A stretch of DNA of 64,000 bases from Rebecca billardiae RCC1528 (Eukaryota > Protista > Haptophyta): assembly GCA_965240325.2 (NCBI GenBank), contig OZ251224.1, forward strand, positions 1-64,000, given 5' to 3'. The translations under genes and the position numbers were made by a program. Numbering within the stretch: position 1 is the stretch's first letter; each line of letters begins with the position of its first letter. Shown here one piece after another: positions 45,559-56,061 of this stretch. The notes under the pieces were generated by a model, which saw only the letters and a program-made list of their open reading frames with translations, did no database searches and was not told the DNA's origin.

Positions 45559-48500
45559 ATGTCCCCTGAGAGCCTCGTCGGGAAGGAAGTGGTGATCGTC
45601 GGCAGCGGTGCCCGTGCGCGCGTGAGCGCGTGCATCGGCGATGACCGACTCGTGCTTGCTCCGGGCAGCGCGATCGGCGAGGTCGGGCTCGACCGTGTGC
45701 TCGTGCTGCCCCTTGCGCCCAGCGCCGAGCGGTACTTCAACGAGCACAAGCTCGACTTCGACACGCGCGTGGGCGACGGCTTCGTCGACGCCGGCCGGAT
45801 GGCCCGTGATGCTGCGCTACCCGCAGCAGAGGACCTTGCTCGCCGTCCCGCTGGCGCGCCTGGCGGCCGCGAGGTGCTCGTGGTCGACACACGCATCGAC
45901 GTGTCCCTGCGCGACTGCATCGAGGAAGCTCGCTCTCGGCTGCAGCCCATCACGGACATGCGCGATCGCATCAAGGTGCTCGGCGCGCACGTGTCCGAGC
46001 GGCTCGGGGGCTTGACGGACGATCTCGTCGAGCAGTCCAACCAAGAGATCAACGCCCTCGTGCAGGAGAGGGGCTCGATGCTCGTGCCGCTCGGTGACAT
46101 CTCGCTAGGCGTGTGCCGGCACCGCGCGCTGCTCTTCAAGGTGCTGTGCGACGCGCTGGGCATCGAGTGCGCGCTGGTGCGCGGCGACTTTGAGGGGAGG
46201 GTGTCCGCTGGAGGGCACGCGTGGAACGTGGTGCACGTCTACGGCAGCGCGCACATCGTCGACGTGATGCACCGGCCGGGCGAGATCTACTCGCGAGAGG
46301 ACGCGGACGCGTGTGCGCGCTACCACCGCCTCGCCGAGCGCGGCGCTGCCGGCGCTGCGCAGCATCACGGTGCCGGCGTGAACAGCCTGCCCGCGCCAGC
46401 GCCGCGTCAGCAGTGGTACGTGCGCCCGGCCGAGGTCGAGATCGAGCGCGGCGCGGATGGCGGCGAGGTGCTGCTCGGCAGCGGCGGCTTTGGGCGCGTG
46501 TACGCGGCGCGGCTGCGGGGCGCGCAGCCGGTCGCAGTGAAGCGGCTGAACGCCGCGGGGTCCGAAGCGCGCCGCGAGTTTGAGCGCGAGGTGGCGATGC
46601 TGCACCAGCTGCGCCACCCGCACATCGTGCTCTCTTTGGGCGCGTGCGACGAGCCGGAGAACATGATGATCGTCACCGAGCGCATGCGCGGCGGCAGCCT
46701 GAGCGACGCGCTCGCGATTGAGCCGACGCGCGTGGCGTGGGCGGCGGGCGGGCAGCGCATCGCGCTGCACGTGGCGTACGCGCTGCACTACCTGCACACG
46801 CTCGAGCCGCCCGTGGTGCACTACGACGTCAAGCCGGCCAACGTGCTCCTCAACGAGGACTACAGCCTGGCCAAGCTCGCCGATGTGGGGCTGGCGCGCA
46901 CCAAGTCGCAGTCACGCGTGACGGTGCCGGGGCACACGCCCGCGTTTGCGCCGCCCGAGGTGCTGCTCGGCCGCCACGCGAGCGAGAAGGCCGACGTCTT
47001 CAGCTTTGGCGTGCTGGTCGAGGTGCTGCTCACGCAGCAGCAGCCGAACGGACGGGCGCGGGCTCGGCTGCCCGCCGGCACGCCACTCGCAGTCCGCCGC
47101 CTGAAGGAGCGCTGCCTCAAAGAGGAATACGTGCTCCGGCCCAGTGCCTCAGAGCTCGTCGCGGCGCTGACCGCCGCAGAGCCGCGCGCGGCGGCGGCGG
47201 CGCCACCCGTCCGTGCCGCTGCGGAGCAGCCGCGCGCGGCGGCGGCGCCACCCGTCCGCGCGGCTGCGGAGCAGCCGCGCGCGGCGGCGGCGCCACCCGT
47301 CCGCGCGGCTGCGGAGCAGCCGCGCGCGGCGGCGGCGCCGCCACCCGTGCAGCCGCGCGCGGCGCCGCCTCCAGTCCGCGCCTCTGCAGAGCAGCTCGAG
47401 GCGCTCGCGCGCGCTGTGGGCGTGGGCTCAGCAGAGGCGCTGATGGGGCTGGAGAAGGCGGCGTGGGAGAGGAAGACGGCGGTGGCGGCGCACGCGCAGG
47501 CGATCGCGCACCTCGCCGCGCACAGTGCCAAGCTGACCAAGCTCGATCTCGACATGACGGGCGTGGACAACGAGTGCCTGCGGCTGCTGTCGCAGGCACT
47601 GCGGGCGGACAGCTGCCGCCTGCAGACGCTCCACCTGAGGTACGCGCACGCACGGTGGGGCGAGCGGGGCGGCGGGCGGCGCGGGCGGTGTAGTGGGGGA
47701 AGGACGGGCCGCGCGTCGTGTGCAGCGCGTGCACCCGCGCGTGCACCCGCGCACGGCGCCGCAGCAGCGCCGTCGCGCGAGGCTGCGGCCGCGCCCAGCG
47801 CGCGCCCCACATCGCGCGTCACCCCACGGCGGGCGGCGCGCGCGGCCGGTGCGGCAGCACGCGCTCAGCATGGCGGTGGGCGGTGCGGTGCGGTGCGCGG
47901 TGCGTGGTGCGCAGCGGCGTGGGCTGACACTGCCTACCCCACCCCGTGCGACCGCGGCGCTCTCCTCTCCGCGCTTTCCCTCCCCTCGGCGTGCCTCCGC
48001 TGCGCACACAGCGGCAACCAGCTGACGGACGTCTCCGGCACAGCGCTGGCGGAGGCGCTCCGCACCAACACCAAGCTGGAGTGGCTCTGGCTGCAGTACG
48101 CGCACGCACGGCGCGGCGAGGGGGGCGGCGCGCGGCGCGGGCGGAAGGGGGGGTGGGTGGGGGGCTCGCGCGCCGTGCGCATCGCGCGCACGTGCGTGCA
48201 CCCGCGCACGGCGCCGCAGCAGCGCCGTCGCGCGAGGCTGCGGCAGCGCCCGGCGCACTCGCCGCGGGGCGCGCGCGCCGCCCCTCGGCGTGTGGCGGCG
48301 CGTGCGGTGCGGTGCGGTGCGGTGCGGTGCGCGGCGCGTGGTGCGCAGCGGCGTGGGCTGACACTGTCCACCCCACCCCGTGCGACCGCGGCGCTCGCCT
48401 CTCCGCGCTTCCCCTCCCCTCGGCGTGCCTCCGCTGTGCACACAGCTGCAACAAGCTGACGGACGTCTCCGGCACAGCGCTGGCGGAGGCGCTCCGCACC

Positions 48501-49395
48501 AACACCTCGCTGCACTGGCTCGCCCTGGAGTACGCGCACGCACGGCGCGGCGAGGGGGGCGGCGCGCGGCGCGGGCGGAAGGGGGGGTGGGGGGGAGCTC
48601 GCGCGCCGTGCGCATCGCGCGCACGTGCGAGCACCCGCGCACGGCGCCGCAGCAGCGCCGTCGCGCGAGGCTGCGGCAGCGCCCGGCGCACTCGCCGCGG
48701 GGCGCGCGCGCCGCCCCTCGGCGTGTGGCGGCGCGTGCGCAGCGGTGCGGAGCGGTGCGGTGCGGTGCGCGTGGTGCGCAGCGGCTTGGGCTGACACTGC
48801 CTACCCCACCCCGTGCGACCGCGGCGCTCGCCTCTCCGCGCTGCCCCTCCCCTCGGCGTGCCTCCGCTGTGCACACAGGTACAACCAGCTGACGGACGTC
48901 TCCGGCACAGCGCTGGCGGAGGCGCTCCGCACCAACACCAAGCTGCAGAGGCTCTGGCTGGAGTACGCGCATGCACGGCGCGGCGAGGGGGGCGGCGCGC
49001 GGCGCGGGCGGAGGGGGGGTGGGGGGGCGCTCGCGCGCCGTGCGCATCGCGCGCACGTGCGAGCACCCGCGCACGGCGCCGCAGCAGCGCCGTCGCGCGA
49101 GGGGTCGGCAGCGCCCGGCGCACTCGCCGCGGGGCGCGCGCGCCGCCCCTCGGCGTGTGGCGGCGCGTGCGCAGCGGTGCGGAGCGGTGCGCGGCGCGGC
49201 GCGTGGTGCGCAGCGGCGTGGGCTGACACTGCCTACCCCACCCCGCGCGTCCGCGGCGCTTGCCTCTTCGCGCCGCCCCTCCCCTCGGCGTGCCTCCGCT
49301 GTGCACACAGCGGCAACCAGCTGAGCGATGCTCAGAAGGCCGCCATCCGACAGGCCTGGGAAGGCAGTGGCCGCATTGGGGGCCTCGGCATCTAG
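45559..49395 (+). CDS. EDR1/CTR1-like domain + TKL-type Ser/Thr kinase + RI-like LRRs (exons 45559-47639, 48012-48095, 48446-48529, 48879-48962, 49311-49395)
   Basis: GVCRHRALLFKVLCD...HAWNVV; GSGGFGRV, VAVK, HYDVKPANVLL, DVG, PPE; 28-aa LRRs restored by four GT-AG introns. Confidence 0.92.
47640..49310 (+). repeat. Tandem intron-exon unit of about 433 bp (four introns, three 84-nt exons)
   Basis: Each intron runs GTACGCGCA...GCACACAG; the bodies of introns 2-4 are near identical. Confidence 0.95.
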
Positions 49396-49924
49396 GGATG
49401 CCTGGAGGATGGCGCGCGTTGGGCAGTGTGGGCGCGCGCAGCCGTCGGCCTGCATGCCCGCTCCCGGCGCCGACTGCGCCGCCAGCCGCCGCGTCCGCAG
49501 CCGCGGGCCGTCCCGCCCCAGCCTGTGCACGCGGCCGGTTGCCCAGCTGATTGCGGTAGTCGGCCAGTCGCGGGCGGCAGGCGGCAGCAGTCAGCAGTCG
49601 TGCCGACGTGTGCACAGTGCAGCCGTGCACTTCTTCTATGATGACATATGGGGACCCAGTGCCACTGCTACCCGCCTGGCACTGGGTTTGCTATTGATTT
49701 TCATATTGGTAACCCAGTGCCACCCACCCCCGGCACAGAAGGCCTGCCAGATGTCCGCCTGCGAGGCCTGGATGAGGGCCGCGGCCGCCTCGCGGCGCCG
49801 CGCCCGTCATCCTCTAAAATGCAGCAACAGGCGAGAAGATGGGGATTCGATGTCAGTCACGGTCGCTCGGCCGGACTCCGGCGCGTCCAACTGGGCCGGG
49901 GGGACAGGTCCGCCGGCCGTCGCC

Positions 49925-50845
49925 ATGGACGGCGGCGACGGCACACCGCGCGCGGTGTGGTCGTTCGGCTTCGGCTCGAACATGAACGTCGAGTTCGTGC
50001 GGCGCCGGAAGGGGCTCGAGGTGCTCGCCAGCGCGCCCGCCGTCGTGCCGGGCTGGCGGCTCTCCTTCGCGCTGCGCGGCCTGCCGCGCGTCGAGCCGGC
50101 GTGGGCGACCGCCGTGCGCGGCGCCGAGCGCGACGAGCTGCACGGCGTGGCGCTGATGCTCTCGCGCGAGGCGGCGGCGCGGCTCGACCGGCAGGAGAGC
50201 GGGTACACGCGCGCGCCCGTCACGATCCGCGCGTACGACGGCCGCGTCCTCGCCGGCTACCTGTACACGTCGGCGGTGCCGCTGTGCGAGCGGGAGGTGG
50301 CGTGCAGCCGGCGCTACCGCGAGCTGCTCGTGAGCGGCGCGGCCGCGGCGGGGCTCGACGCGGCGTACGTGCGCTCGCTCGCCACGCTACCCGTGTACGA
50401 GCCCAGCGCGCGCACGCGCGCGCGCCGCGCCGCGCTCCCGCCGCCGGAGGCGCTGCCGCCGTGCGCGGCCGCCGAGCTCGCGGCGAGCGTGGGCGTGGGC
50501 GCGTGCGCGCTCACCGCCGTGCTGGGCTACGTGCTGCGCGTGCCGCTGCACGCGCTCGCATCGTCGAGCCACGAAGGGCGCGATATCACCGCGTGCCGCG
50601 CGCGCTACTTCCGCGGCCTGCCCGCGGGCGGCGCCGACGACGATTCGGCCGCGCTGCCGCTCGCGCGCCCGCTCGCGCGCATGGGCGCGCACGAGCGCGA
50701 GTACGTGTGCCACTGGCTCGACTACTACCTCGCGGCCGGCGCGCAGGCGATCGCGTACCTGCGCGAGCTCTTGGGCCAGGACGGCGCGGACGTGCGCGCC
50801 CTGCTGCAGCTCGAGGGCGGCGCGCACGGCGTTGCGCCCAAATGA
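49925..50845 (+). CDS. Gamma-glutamylcyclotransferase-like protein
   Basis: WSFGFGSNMN, GWRLSF, HGV, RLDRQESGY; alternative start at 49850. Confidence 0.82.
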   Translation: MDGGDGTPRAVWSFGFGSNMNVEFVRRRKGLEVLASAPAVVPGWRLSFALRGLPRVEPAWATAVRGAERDELHGVALMLSREAAARLDRQESGYTRAPVTIRAYDGRVLAGYLYTSAVPLCEREVACSRRYRELLVSGAAAAGLDAAYVRSLATLPVYEPSARTRARRAALPPPEALPPCAAAELAASVGVGACALTAVLGYVLRVPLHALASSSHEGRDITACRARYFRGLPAGGADDDSAALPLARPLARMGAHEREYVCHWLDYYLAAGAQAIAYLRELLGQDGADVRALLQLEGGAHGVAPK

Positions 50846-51910
50846 CGAGCGCGCCGGCGCCTCCGATGCCCGTGCTCGGCCGGGTGTCGGCCAGCGGCAC
50901 AGCGCATGGCAACCACGGCTCAGCGCGCGCCACGTACGGGCCAAGCCGGGCGCGCGCCCGCGCCGCGGCGCCACACAGAGCGCGCCATCGTCGCCATCAC
51001 TGCCGGTCACAATGCTGATGGTGCGACGACCGGTCGGCATCAGCCATCAAACAGCTGGTCGAAGTCGGAGTGTCGGACGAAGTCCGCTCAAGTCCGCTTT
51101 ATCTTCGCGCCTTCGGCCGGCGGCTTGGGGAGCAAACCCTCAGGATTGGGCGATGGCGACCAATCTGACCCGCACCACGCGCGCTGCGCAGGCTGATGCG
51201 CGGCCCTCGCGGCGCGCACGCCCGCGCGCGCTGGGCGGATGGCCCCGGGAGACATGGAGGATCATCCCCGCCCCTTCTCGCCCCGCACTGTCGCCTCGCT
51301 CCGCCGCGCAGGCCTGCTGCATTCCGCCCGGCCCGGCCCAGTCTGCGGCCGCGCGCTCTCGAGGCTGCGCGCGTGGCCCATCCAGGGCGAGTTTCGAGGC
51401 GCTCTCGAGCTTGGCACGTCGGGGCACATACATGGGCAACTGCTGCAAGCGCGCTCGCCTGTGCGCGCGGCGAGTCGCCGGCGCTGGGCGATCTACTGAG
51501 GGTCGTGCAGTCAGTCGCAACTCAGCTCGACAGCTGCCATCCGCGTAGGGTTGCGTGCGCGCCCACTTACGGTCAAGTCGGCGCGTCGAGATGGGCAGAT
51601 TACGGCCTATAGATATGCTGCTACGATCATATAGTAGGCGGCGTCGATCACGAGCGTGCGTGCGGTAGCCTGAGCTGAGGCGCAGGTCGGTGCGCCGCGG
51701 CCGCCACCGCCGTGCCGCCGGGGCCCGTGGGTTGACGACCGGACCGGAGTCAGCTAGGCTGCGGCCGCAGACCAGGAGCTGATGGCGGCAGTCGTCGACG
51801 GCGACGGCGACGGGACGGGCGCTTGTGCGCGAGGCTCGACGTGGCCTGCAGCTTCGGCGAGCGTACACTTCGTGCCGACGTGCGTGAGGATCGACTGGCT
51901 GCAAGCCTTG

Positions 51911-52585
51911 CTACAGGTTCGGACGACATGCGTGCCCAACCGACGTGCCGCCGCCGCCGGCCAGGCGAGGCGGCGGCTGCGTGCGCCTGCGCGCGCTGCT
52001 CGAGCTCATGCGCCTTGGCCGGGAAGCTCGCGCCCATGCCTTAGAAGGCTGCGGCGATCGCGGCGAGCTCCGGGCGCGCTCGGCGCGCAGCGCAGGCGCA
52101 GCTTGGCCGACCATCTGGCCGTGCGCGAGCAGGTGCTGCACGACGGTGAGCACAACGTCGGCGGTCATCCATGGCACCTGCGACAGCCACGGGCGACCGG
52201 ACGCATGCCGCGCCGCACGCTGAGCTTCGTGCCGCACGCTGAGCAGGAGGTAGTGAGTCGGCGCCGTCAGTTCAGCGGCGTCGATGCGCACGCCTTTCAG
52301 GAGCCGGCCGTCCACAAAGCACGCGGGGCTGGAGAAGCCGTGCGTGAACCAGCGCGGGACGAAGATGGCAAAGAGCAGGCGGTAATGCGCCTGCGCTTGC
52401 CACGCGCTCGGCAGTTTGGCCTCGTTGTCCGACGTGAGCGCGAGCGCGTACACGTCGAGGTCCCCGGCCGAGATGACGAGCTCAGCGTCCCAATGTTCAG
52501 GGTCGCCGTCTTCGAGGAGGAGGTCGATCTGGGGCAGAGATGGCAGCGTGGCGCTCGCCTGACCCTCGTCAGGTTGGGCGCTCAT
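51911..52585 (-). CDS. Hypothetical protein, possibly with a decayed 3' end
   Basis: Globular-looking composition over about 170 aa; no recognised motif. Confidence 0.4.
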   Translation of the reverse strand: MSAQPDEGQASATLPSLPQIDLLLEDGDPEHWDAELVISAGDLDVYALALTSDNEAKLPSAWQAQAHYRLLFAIFVPRWFTHGFSSPACFVDGRLLKGVRIDAAELTAPTHYLLLSVRHEAQRAARHASGRPWLSQVPWMTADVVLTVVQHLLAHGQMVGQAAPALRAERARSSPRSPQPSKAWARASRPRRMSSSSARRRTQPPPRLAGGGGTSVGHACRPNL

Positions 52586-52944
52586 CCGCGCGGCAGCTTC
52601 GCGCAGCGTACCTCCCGCCGTCAGCGCCGCAGGGCAGCGGCGGCCACAACGCGGCCGAGCCGGAGGCTGGTGCCAACGGACTCGCTGCCGTGCGCGCGTC
52701 GACTGCGCCGTGACTCCTGACCACTGGGAGTCACGGCGCAGTCGGCTCGCTGGATCCTGAGGGTTTGCTCCCCAAGCCGGCGGGCGGCGGCGGCGGCCGC
52801 TGAGCAGGCGGCGGCCCTTCGAGAAGGCGCACAAAAGGCCGAATTCGCCCTTGAATTCGCGCGCTTTGATGAGCGCCGGCCGCACCGGACTGGGCGAAAC
52901 GTCGCCAACCCGCCGCTTCCCGACCGCCGCCCAGCCTGCAGCAC

Positions 52945-55277
52945 ATGTTCTTCGAGACGACGACCACGGCCGCCGCCCGCGCCGTGATCGCCGCCAGCCA
53001 GCGCGCACCGCACCGCACCCCCAGCAGCGCCGCGCACCGCGCTCCGACGGCCGCCCCGAGCGCGATGGAGACCGACCCGCCGCCCCCGCTCTCGCAGGTC
53101 TCGCTCACCGGCTTCGGCGAGCCGCTCCTCGTCTTCAAGCCCGCGGACGAACACGCGGCGGCGGCGGCGGCCGCGGGCGAGGACACCGTGCGCGTGCTCG
53201 CGTCGGTGGGCGGCGCCGAGCTCAACTCGTGCATCGCGCTCGCGCGGCTGTGCGCCGACGACCCGCCCGCGCAGCGCGCCGCCACCTCGTACATCACCGC
53301 CCTCCCCGCCGGCCCGCTGGGCGAGCGCGTGCTGCGCGTGGGGCGCGAGGCGGGCGTGCGCGTGGACGCCGCGCTCGCGACGGGCGGGGCGGAGCTCGGC
53401 ACGATGCACGTGGTGGACAGCGGCGTGCACTACCAGCGCCGCAACTCCGCGTTCGCCCGCCTCGACCCCGCCGCCTTCGACTGGCCCGCGCTGCTGCCCA
53501 CGCGCGGCTGGCTGCACCTGACCGGCATCACGCCGCTGCTCGGAGAGGGCCCGCTGGGCGCGTGGCGGGGCGCGCTCGAGCACGCGGCGGCGCGCGGCGT
53601 GCGCGTGATCCTCGACGTGAACCACCGCCCCGCCCTCGGCTCCTTCGCCCAGCTCTGGTCGCTCATCCTCCCGCAGCTGCCGCGCGTGCACACGCTGGTG
53701 CTCTCAGAGCACGCGCTCGAGCAGCTGGCAGCCATGCCCGCGCAGATGGGCGGCGCGGGGCTGGGCGCGGAGGGCGGGGGCGAGGACGCGCGGCCCGCGG
53801 CGCTGCGCACGTACGCCGGCCGGTACGAGCTGCTCCAGCGCCTGCGCGCCGTGTGGCACCTCTCCGTCCTCGTGTGCTGCTTCAAGGCCTCGCCGGCCGC
53901 GTACGCCGCGGCCGCGCACGGCGAGGGCGCGGTGCCCAGGCTGGGCGCGCCCGACGCGCGCTCGACGATCAAGGAGGGGGGCAACGTGCGCTGGAGCGTG
54001 GCGGCGACGGAGGAGGGGCTCGCGAGCACGCGCGCCATCCCCACCTTCCACCAGCCGCGCCAGGCCACCGGCGGCGGCGACGCGTGGCTCGCGGGCTTTG
54101 TGTCGGCGCTGCCGCCCGCGCCCGCGCCCGCCGCGCCGCCGTCCGCGCGGCAGCTGCTCGCCGCGCTGCGCCGCGCCGACCTGCTCGCCGCGCTGGCGCA
54201 GCAGACGGACGGCGACCTGTCGCACTGCACGGGCACCGAGCTCTTCGCCGCCGAGGCCAAGTTCGCCGGCGCGCCCGCGCACCTCCCGCCGCCGCCCGCC
54301 GCGCCGCCGCCGCGCGCGCCCACGCGCATGGCCGCCGCCGAGCCCGCCCGCGCTGCCGCCGGCTCGGAGCGCGCGTACGAGGAGGAGGTGGACGCGATGA
54401 GCGCGGCGCTGGGCGCGGAGGGCGTGCTCGCGGTGGTCACGCTCGACGACCCCGAGCACGCGCCCGCCGTCGTCCGCGCCCTCGCCTCGGGCGGCGTGCA
54501 CTCGCTCGAGGTGATGCTGCGCACGGCGCGCGCGCTGCCCGCGCTCGCGGCCGCGGTGCGCGCGGCGCGCGAGCTGAGCGAGCAGGGCGGGCCCAAGGTG
54601 CGCGTGGGCGCGGGGACGGTGAACTCGGTGGAGCAGCTGCACGCCGTCGCCGACGCGGGCGCCGCCTTCGCCGTCTCGCCCGGCACGCAGCCCGCCGTCC
54701 TCGCCGCCGCGCGCGCCCGGTGCGTGCCGTTCGTGCCGGGCGTGTGCACGCCCACCGAGATTGATCTCGCGATGGCGCACGGCTGCCGGCTGCTCAAGTT
54801 CTTCCCGGCGGAGGCGATGGGCGGGGTGAAGACGCTCTCGTCCGTCGCGGCGCCGTACAACAAGGACGTGCGCTTCGTGCCGACGGGCGGTGCGCGCGCC
54901 GCGCCGCCGCGCGCCGCTCGCGCGCTCCGCTGCGCCGCACCTCAGCACCTCAGCACCTCAGCACCTCAGCACCTCAGCACCTCCACTCAACTCACGCGCG
55001 CGCTCACACGCTGCTGCGCCGCTGCGTGCGATCAGGGCTGTCGCTCGAGAAGCTGCCCTCCTACCTCGCACGGCCGGAGGTGCTCGCCGTCGGCGGCAGC
55101 TGGCTCGTCAAGGCGTCGGACGGCCCGCCCGACCTGGCGGCCATCGTCGCGGCCGCGCGAGACGCCATCAGCGCCGCACGCACCGCGCGGCCCTCCGGCG
55201 CGGGCCCGCTGCCCCGGCCGGCGGCGGCGCCGACGGCCAACGGCCACGGCGCGCCGCCCGGCAAGGCCGTCGCCTGA
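52945..55277 (+). CDS. PfkB-family KDG kinase fused to KDPG/KHG aldolase (intron 54890-55035)
   Basis: GGAELN, LHLTGIT, DVNHRP, GGGDAWLAGF; then LEVMLRT, VGAGTV, VSPG, TPTEI, LKFFPA, PTGG|L, AVGGSWL; start at 52945 or 53064. Confidence 0.9.
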
Positions 55278-56061
55278 GCGCGCTGCCGCGAATGCCGCCA
55301 CGCCCTGTGACGCGCGGAGCCCTTCCGCTGCCAGCACGTGTCCTCCGCCTCGCGCGGCCACTCCGGGCCGCCGTGAGTTCGTTGTGCGTCCCGGGATTTT
55401 ATTACTACTCACCTGCTCGGCACGCCATCAGCCCGCCATTCGATCATCGCAATATATATGGATCATCATATCGCGCGGACGCGCCCGGCGCCCCCATTAA
55501 TCGCCGCGAATCGTCGCGGCGAATATAATATGATGACGATATATATCATATCAGTATATATAGCTAGCAGCAGTTACTGCTGCTGCTGCTTATCCAAATA
55601 TAATAAATAAATAATATATCCGCCACCCGCCGGGATGATCGACAACGACGCGCGAATCAGTGCGCGCTGACATGATCGATGACGGTATACGCGCGACTGA
55701 CCATATGATGGCGGATGGCCTCCCACGCCCGCCCGGTGCCACTCGACGGAGCGGCCCCGGCACCGCGCGGCATATGCAGTGAGAGCAGTGAGACGGAGAG
55801 GCGGCCAGGCGGCCAGGCAGCGCGCGGCGTAGTGAGGACGACGCCACGCGCCCGGGGCACTCGCGCAGCCGCGCGGCGGTCTGCGACGCCCGCTGGGCAG
55901 CCGCGCGCCCATCCGCCAGGTGCGGCGCGGACGATGCCAGTGCAGCGGGAACGGCCGCCTCGCACGGCCAGTGTCCGAGGCCCCCACGCGCCCCACGCGC
56001 GCCCACCGGCAGCGGCGCGCGCCCGGCGCGACGGCGCCCGCTCTGCGCGCGCGCGGCCGGC

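Noticed and set aside
47640-49310. Independent Introner insertions explaining the near-identical introns
   Set aside because: The exons are duplicated with the introns at identical phase, so tandem duplication of the whole unit is simpler
54938-54983. (CACCTCAG)n giving PQHLSTSA peptide repeats
   Set aside because: Lies within the aldolase intron; splicing it out restores PTGG|LSL
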